Below, in pieces: positions 58,365 to 64,000 of a stretch of DNA of 64,000 bases (the first letter of the stretch is position 1; every line of letters starts with the position of its first letter). Both the position numbers and the translations under genes were made by a program. This stretch comes from an uncultured Gammaproteobacteria bacterium (GTDB taxonomy: Bacteria; Patescibacteriota; Microgenomatia; UBA8517): positions 362 through 64,361 of the forward strand of contig CAZYCE010000005.1 in NCBI GenBank assembly GCA_964645605.1. Direction: 5' to 3'. Below the pieces are notes generated by a model. The model saw nothing but the letters and a program-made list of their open reading frames with translations. It had not been told where the DNA came from and did not search any database.

Positions 58365-61300
58365 GTCTTCGTTCATTGCTACTTTCTCTCTGCTGGCAAA
58401 TTCTGTTTTTGCTCCATTGTCTGTTTTAGCGGAAGAATCCCCGTCGCCGGAACCGACACAAACCCCTGCCGATATAACAATTGCACCATCGAAGAGTCCT
58501 TCTCCGGCACCCATATCCTTACCTGAGGTTGTCACCACAAATGAAGCAACGCCAACTTCAACACCAACTCCAATTCCCGAAATATCCGCTTTGGAAACTA
58601 TACCAACCCCCATACCCACCTCTGCACCCGAAACAAACAATTTTTCAGACTTAGAAAATATACAAACATCCGAAACAAGTGCCACGCTAGTCCCAACATC
58701 TGAGTGGACTTTTGAAAAAGTTGAATTAAATAAAGAATATGAAAGCCGGGGGGTTAAATTAACTTTTACCAAATTACCGGAAAATTCCGGAAATATAAAA
58801 ATAGAAGAAATTACCTTAACGCCGGAACAAATTAAACAAACTGGCTCACTTTCTGACAAGGCTTATGACATAACTTCCGATATGGCCGACGGTTCATTTA
58901 CTTACAACCTAACACTACCGGTTCCGGAATCCGCAAAAGATAAAAATGTAGATGTAAAGTTCGCCGAAGACATTTCCGAAATTAATTCCGCTCAAACAGT
59001 TGATAATACTATTATTAACACCGCCACCTCCGTTTCCGTCTCCGCCCTCGACCACTTTACTATTTTTGTGGTAACCACACCGGTACAGGATCCTGGTGGA
59101 GCATGCATAGACGTTACAGGAGCAACTAGTACTGATAAATGCTTTAACACTATTAAAGCCGCTATCAACGCCGCTATTGCCGGTGACACTATTAACGTTG
59201 CAGCTGGAACATACTTTGAGAATATTAATATAAATAAAAGTGTAGTTTTAGAAGGTATTGGTGACACTATCATTAAGCCTGACGTTCCATCACAACCTAT
59301 TATTACAATTTCTACTAGTGGGGTTAGTATAAAAAATATTGATATCGTAGGTACGGATAGTAATAGCCATGGAATTTATGTTCAAGGTAGTGGGCATAAT
59401 ACTATTTTGACGAATGTTTCTTCTACACATAATGGTGGAAATGGTATAGAGGTCAGTATCTCTGGAACACTAAATGATATCAAATTGAATAATTGTAATC
59501 TTAGTTACAATAACATTGGTTTTAGAACAGGTACTTCTTCAGGAATTAAAGGTTTAACCTTAACTGATGTCATTGCTGATTATAATCAAACCGCAGGATT
59601 ATATTTTAATGGCCCAATAACTGGATTAAATCTCAAAGGGGGAAGTTATAGCTACAACAAAGGTTCATCCGACCCTACTAATGGAGTAGGAATCTACGCC
59701 ACCCAATTTAATAACTTTGATACAAGCAATCAACTCTCAATCACATTAGAAGATTTTAGTGCCGATAATAATACTAGGGGAGTTATTTTAAACAAAACTT
59801 ATGGTCCTTTTTCAATTCTTAATGCATCTGTAAGTAATAATTCAGAAGAAGGTATAACCTTTGCTCCAGGTAAAGATATTTCTAGCGAAATAAGGTTGGA
59901 TAATCTAATTGTTAATAACAACTCTCTCTCTAACCTTTGGGTTATTTCCTATGGGACTTTTCATATATCTAACTTAAAAATAAGCAATTCCGAATTTAAA
60001 GATAGTAAAGATAATTCTTCACTAGGAAGAGGTTATGGCTTGTGGTTAGATGTCTTCGCTGATTCTCATCTTTCAGGTGTTGAAGTAAAAGGTAATGACT
60101 TTACAGGGAATAATACTGGAATATATTTGAATACACGTACCAGTTCAGGTACCCTAACGAATATCACCATAGAGGAAAACAATATATTCGGAAATACACA
60201 GGCTGGGGTAAATAACGTATCGTCAACAGTAGTAGATGCTACACACAACTGGTGGGGACATATAACAGGCCCTTCAAGAACAGATGTTGGCTCAGGGGAT
60301 TCTGTTAGCGCAAATGTTACCTATCAGGAATGGCTATGTGGACCTTATCCTACAAATTCAAATTGGGTTAGTGAAGTAGGTGTGTGTAAATTAGAAGCAC
60401 CCACACAAACAGGATACAACATTAACGATGGTACTACTGAATCCGAGCCTAGAAACCCTAACCAAATAGCTTGCACTGGAGGATACACAAATATAAATGG
60501 TATGTCTGTTCATTGGACTGATATGTCTAATGGAGATCCATTGATGAAATACATCCGACAATATTCTACAAATGGAGTTAATTGGTATGGAAATGAAATA
60601 TATTCTAAACCATATACAAACTATCGAAGTTTTGGTAGTGGTATAGAAGGGAAATACTATTCACAAGTTAAAGCATTCTATGATGTAGATAATGATAATA
60701 TATATGATACTAATGAGCCGATATCAGGTTGGAGCAATATATGTAGTATTACCTTCGATAAGACAACCCCTACCATATCCAATGTTAATGTTGATAAAAC
60801 CTTTGTAAAAGCAGGAGATACAGTAACAATAACAGCTAATGTAACCGATAATGGTGGTGTAAGCGCAGTATCCGCAGATTTTTCATACAATGAAAATTAC
60901 ACTTCAAGACCAACACCTACATCTGTAACTATGACTAAAACTTCTGGTAACACCTACCAGGTGCAATACACAGTACCATCAAGTTGGTCAGATGGAACAA
61001 TGTATATCAAAGTTGCTGCAAATGATTTAACGGGATCTAATTTGGTGAGGAGCACTGAATATAAGACTGTTCTAGTTGATAATACTCCTCCTTCTACACC
61101 ACAAATGTTAGGATTTAATAACCCAACACTATCATGTGGGGCAATTACTAGCGCTAATGTGGTAACCGTTGATTGGAGTGATTCAACAGATGACTTAGGG
61201 AGTGGCGTAAAGGGATATAACTATGAAATTAATTATCCGACTACAACGGGAGGAAGAGCCACCTATAATGCATTCTTTACAATATCAGAATATAGGGGTT

Positions 61301-62931
61301 CCCTTAATGAAGGATTACACCAAATAAAAGTACAAGCAGTAGATAATGCAGGAAATGTGTCTGCATGGACATCGTTATGTAATATAACATCTGATACGAT
61401 TGCACCAGATATACAAATAACCGCACCAACATCTACTCACCTAACAGGTATAGTAGAAATTAAAGGTACTGTCACTGACGCAAATCCACATCACTATTGG
61501 TTTGTAATTGAAAATAGCTTAGGGCTGAGAATAGTTAATCTAGGCCAAATAAATGACTCAACCTCTTTTACGAATAAGCTACTTCTTACCTGGGATACAA
61601 ACTCACTCCCTGATGGACAATACACAATAAAATTAGAAGCTAGAGATTCTGCAGACAACAAAGATAGTGGTTCAGTACAGTGGTTATTTGTAACAGTTGA
61701 CAATACGAAACCAACTGTAGATTTGCAATTAAATGTTAATGATCAGGGTTTTAAAGCAGTCTTTAGTGAAGATGTAAACGCAGTAGATGCAACCAATTCT
61801 GCTAATTACTTCTTAAAAAACTGGCCTACAGTTGAAAATACGAGTGGTGATCTATCGGGAGATGCCAATATTATCTATAATTCGGCAAATAAAACAGCAA
61901 CAATAAGCTTAACTCATGACAATTGGCACATCTCTCCGGAACAAGAATGGGGAGTAAAGAACATTCATGATTTGGCCGGTAATTTATTAAGTCCTTATAG
62001 TGAATATTCAACGCCAAATGAAAATCCTGAGGGATCATGGGTAAACCCAACGGAAGGTGGTGTTGTTTCCGGAAATGTTGCTTTAAACTTTAAAGCTGAT
62101 GATGGATCCAATGGTTCCGGAATCAAAGATATCACTTATAAATACAAGGCGGTGGGGGAGGCTAATTTTAGCAATATTATTGGAAACTCTTGGAACACAA
62201 CAGGGCTTACACTTGATGATTATATTCTAAGAGCAATCGTTACTGACAATGCAGGTAATGTCGCAGGAGATAAGGGAGAATTTGATATAAAAGTAGGCGT
62301 AGCCGCTGTTGCTTCGAATCTAAGAACCTCGTCTCCGTATCCGGGTGAAATTGTCATTTCCTGGCATACAAACCATCCGACAACATCGCAAGTTGTCTAT
62401 GACACAATGCCTCACTTTACAGCCGACTCCAGTCTTCAAAATTACGGCTACGCGTCTTCAACAGGCAAAGATACTAATAAAGTATCTGACCATTCGGTTA
62501 CGATCACAGGTCTTCAGCAGGGAGTTCCTTATTATTTCAGAACACTATCTGAAGGTTCTCCTGTAGCGATAAGTGCTGAATCGTCCTTTAGAACACTGAC
62601 AAGTGCAGGCGCTCCCGGGCCTTCGGGCAATGCGGGTGGGGGAGTTTCGGGTATTACCGCACCTACACTGCTTCCTGGCCAAACCCAAGGATTAGCCTTA
62701 GCATACACAGAATCTGAAAATAATAACTTACAAGCCGCATTGGAAGAAGTTGCGGCAGATAATCCCGATGCTCTTGGCGCATCGCAAACACCTACTCCCG
62801 AAGTTCTGGGTACTGAAACAAGTACTAGTAATAATACATGGAAAATTATTTCTATTATCGTTGCGGTAGTTCTGGTAGTCGGTTACGGATTCTACAGACT
62901 AAACAAAAAAGCAAAATTTGAAATCCGTTAG
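58354..62931 (+). CDS. Giant secreted cell-surface protein (1525 aa): signal peptide, Pro/Ser/Thr linker, right-handed parallel beta-helix (PbH1/pectate-lyase-like) region, Ig/FN3-like domains, C-terminal hydrophobic anchor with basic tail
   Basis: Signal peptide MKKLSSFIATFSLLANSVFAPLSVLA|EE. Many Asn/Gly-rich 22-25-aa turns (NNTRGVIL, NGIEVSISG, NNTGIYLN, etc.) typical of beta-helix repeats. The C-terminus '...TWKIISIIVAVVLVVGYGFYRLNKKAKFEIR' is a hydrophobic helix plus a charged tail. Directly downstream of a sortase gene. Confidence 0.8.
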   Translation: MKKLSSFIATFSLLANSVFAPLSVLAEESPSPEPTQTPADITIAPSKSPSPAPISLPEVVTTNEATPTSTPTPIPEISALETIPTPIPTSAPETNNFSDLENIQTSETSATLVPTSEWTFEKVELNKEYESRGVKLTFTKLPENSGNIKIEEITLTPEQIKQTGSLSDKAYDITSDMADGSFTYNLTLPVPESAKDKNVDVKFAEDISEINSAQTVDNTIINTATSVSVSALDHFTIFVVTTPVQDPGGACIDVTGATSTDKCFNTIKAAINAAIAGDTINVAAGTYFENININKSVVLEGIGDTIIKPDVPSQPIITISTSGVSIKNIDIVGTDSNSHGIYVQGSGHNTILTNVSSTHNGGNGIEVSISGTLNDIKLNNCNLSYNNIGFRTGTSSGIKGLTLTDVIADYNQTAGLYFNGPITGLNLKGGSYSYNKGSSDPTNGVGIYATQFNNFDTSNQLSITLEDFSADNNTRGVILNKTYGPFSILNASVSNNSEEGITFAPGKDISSEIRLDNLIVNNNSLSNLWVISYGTFHISNLKISNSEFKDSKDNSSLGRGYGLWLDVFADSHLSGVEVKGNDFTGNNTGIYLNTRTSSGTLTNITIEENNIFGNTQAGVNNVSSTVVDATHNWWGHITGPSRTDVGSGDSVSANVTYQEWLCGPYPTNSNWVSEVGVCKLEAPTQTGYNINDGTTESEPRNPNQIACTGGYTNINGMSVHWTDMSNGDPLMKYIRQYSTNGVNWYGNEIYSKPYTNYRSFGSGIEGKYYSQVKAFYDVDNDNIYDTNEPISGWSNICSITFDKTTPTISNVNVDKTFVKAGDTVTITANVTDNGGVSAVSADFSYNENYTSRPTPTSVTMTKTSGNTYQVQYTVPSSWSDGTMYIKVAANDLTGSNLVRSTEYKTVLVDNTPPSTPQMLGFNNPTLSCGAITSANVVTVDWSDSTDDLGSGVKGYNYEINYPTTTGGRATYNAFFTISEYRGSLNEGLHQIKVQAVDNAGNVSAWTSLCNITSDTIAPDIQITAPTSTHLTGIVEIKGTVTDANPHHYWFVIENSLGLRIVNLGQINDSTSFTNKLLLTWDTNSLPDGQYTIKLEARDSADNKDSGSVQWLFVTVDNTKPTVDLQLNVNDQGFKAVFSEDVNAVDATNSANYFLKNWPTVENTSGDLSGDANIIYNSANKTATISLTHDNWHISPEQEWGVKNIHDLAGNLLSPYSEYSTPNENPEGSWVNPTEGGVVSGNVALNFKADDGSNGSGIKDITYKYKAVGEANFSNIIGNSWNTTGLTLDDYILRAIVTDNAGNVAGDKGEFDIKVGVAAVASNLRTSSPYPGEIVISWHTNHPTTSQVVYDTMPHFTADSSLQNYGYASSTGKDTNKVSDHSVTITGLQQGVPYYFRTLSEGSPVAISAESSFRTLTSAGAPGPSGNAGGGVSGITAPTLLPGQTQGLALAYTESENNNLQAALEEVAADNPDALGASQTPTPEVLGTETSTSNNTWKIISIIVAVVLVVGYGFYRLNKKAKFEIR

Positions 62932-62966
62932 TCTGATAGTATAATCGGAAATTAGATGAAGAAATT
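62932..62966 (+). repeat. 35-bp direct repeat copy B (same promoter/5'UTR/start module)
   Basis: Exact match to 58330..58364. It begins 1 nt after the stop of the giant gene, with TTGAAA -35 at 62918..62923 inside the giant gene's 3' end. Confidence 0.85.
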
Positions 62967-63342
62967 AATCTCATTTCTGGCAGCTTCCACCGTTCTTCTG
63001 AATTCAGTACTTGCCCCCGTGTCCGTTTTAGCTCAAGAGACAACTCCAACACCCGAAGCAACAACTGCCCCGACTGAACAGCCAACGGTAACCCCTGATG
63101 CGACCACTTCTGAAATCGCAACACCGACTCCAATTGAAACAATGGACCCTGAAGCAACACCAAGCCCAACTCCTACGGCAACAATATCGCCGAATAATGT
63201 TGTTAATAAGATCAATGAGTTTGCTGCGACCACCCCCCAGCCCTTCAGATGGATTCTAACGCACAAAAAGATCACAATCGGCATTCTCTTTCTGGGTGCC
63301 GCCGCATATTTATTTTTAAGAGGAAAGTCCCGCAATAAATAA
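62956..63342 (+). CDS. Small secreted surface protein (128 aa), paralogous at its N- and C-terminal ends to the giant protein
   Basis: Signal peptide MKKLISFLAASTVLLNSVLAPVSVLA|QE (cf. the giant protein), Thr/Pro-rich linker, C-terminal hydrophobic helix plus a basic tail (ITIGILFLGAAAYLFLRGKSRNK). Confidence 0.6.
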   Translation: MKKLISFLAASTVLLNSVLAPVSVLAQETTPTPEATTAPTEQPTVTPDATTSEIATPTPIETMDPEATPSPTPTATISPNNVVNKINEFAATTPQPFRWILTHKKITIGILFLGAAAYLFLRGKSRNK

Positions 63343-63350
63343 AATAAATA

Positions 63351-63366
63351 GATGGATGGATGGATG
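63351..63366. repeat. Tetranucleotide microsatellite (ATGG)x4
   Basis: atggatggatggatgg, 9 nt after the stop of the small surface protein gene. Confidence 0.8.
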
Positions 63367-63536
63367 GAATAAGTAGATTCCCACTCAAATTTTTGGATAT
63401 GACACTCAAGGACAGTCCTTGTTAACTTATAGGAAGGTTCCCATTGCTTCTGGTGAGTAGAAAGGATAAAATGTAGTGAGGCTAAGTTAGCCTCGATTAT
63501 TTTTTGACAAATTTATTGATTTGATATTTTTTTAAT

Positions 63537-64000
63537 ATGAGTACAAACGATATTGGCAAAATACTGCCCACAGAAATAACTTCTGAATTATCAAGATCTT
63601 ATGTAGATTACGCAATGAGCGTTATCGTTGCCCGTGCTCTTCCCGACGTTAGAGACGGTATGAAGCCGGTTCATAGACGTATTCTTTTTGCGATGCACAC
63701 GATGGGGCTTCACTTCAGCTCCTCAGGAACCACAAAATCCGCCAAGGTCGTTGGAGAAGTGTTGGGTAAATACCATCCGCATGGAGATTCGGCCGTATAT
63801 GACGCCATGGTGCGTCTGGCACAGGATTTCTCAATGCGCTATCCATTAGTCCACGGTCAGGGAAACTTCGGGTCTGTTGATGGAGATCCGGCAGCGGCCA
63901 TGCGTTATACGGAAGTTAAGCTTGCCAAAGTATCTGACGCCATGCTCTCCGATATTGAAAAAGATACCGTAGATTTTGTTGATACATTTGACGCAACAAT
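63537..64000 (+). CDS. gyrA: DNA gyrase subunit A, N-terminal part (continues beyond window)
   Basis: '[29 protein letters not shown]', '[20 protein letters not shown]', '[10 protein letters not shown]'. The active-site Tyr is in the AAMRYTE block. Confidence 0.9.
   Translation, partial: MSTNDIGKILPTEITSELSRSYVDYAMSVIVARALPDVRDGMKPVHRRILFAMHTMGLHFSSSGTTKSAKVVGEVLGKYHPHGDSAVYDAMVRLAQDFSMRYPLVHGQGNFGSVDGDPAAAMRYTEVKLAKVSDAMLSDIEKDTVDFVDTFDAT

Overview
AT-rich, gene-dense bacterial chromosomal segment. The gene content looks like a reduced-genome, Patescibacteria/CPR-like Gram-positive-type organism: many housekeeping proteins are domain-reduced, there is a type IV pilus mega-locus without a secretin, a sortase is present, and an ACP-like gene occurs without other FAS genes in view. 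I found no integrase, transposase or CRISPR array.

Main content, left to right:
- A co-directional CYTH / nucleoside-2-deoxyribosyltransferase-like gene cluster at the window start.
- Fifteen tRNA genes, including a tight 6-tRNA array on the minus strand and a tRNA-Ala(GGC) hidden inside a spurious 5' ORF extension.
- A probable reduced RNase P RNA lying in an ORF-poor gap.
- The conserved thrS-infC-rpmI-rplT-pheS-pheT operon, then PBP1A, tyrS, recG, rpmF, nusB, an ACP-like gene, rnc, rpsP and a KH-protein gene.
- A 13.4-kb, single-strand type IV pilus locus: pilB-pilT-pilC-pilin-pilD, seven further pilin/pseudopilin genes, a PilX-like gene, then pilM-pilN-pilO.
- gyrB and gyrA separated by about 9 kb that carries pgeF, an H+-pyrophosphatase, a sortase, a 1525-aa beta-helix surface protein and a small paralogous surface protein with a duplicated promoter / 5'UTR / signal-peptide module.

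The observations I rate most worth follow-up are the sortase-linked giant adhesin module with non-canonical sorting signals, a Y-family polymerase coupled to an unknown small ORF, an ACP homolog lacking the phosphopantetheinyl serine, a tRNA-Leu whose anticodon reads AAG, and tRNA-fragment duplications.
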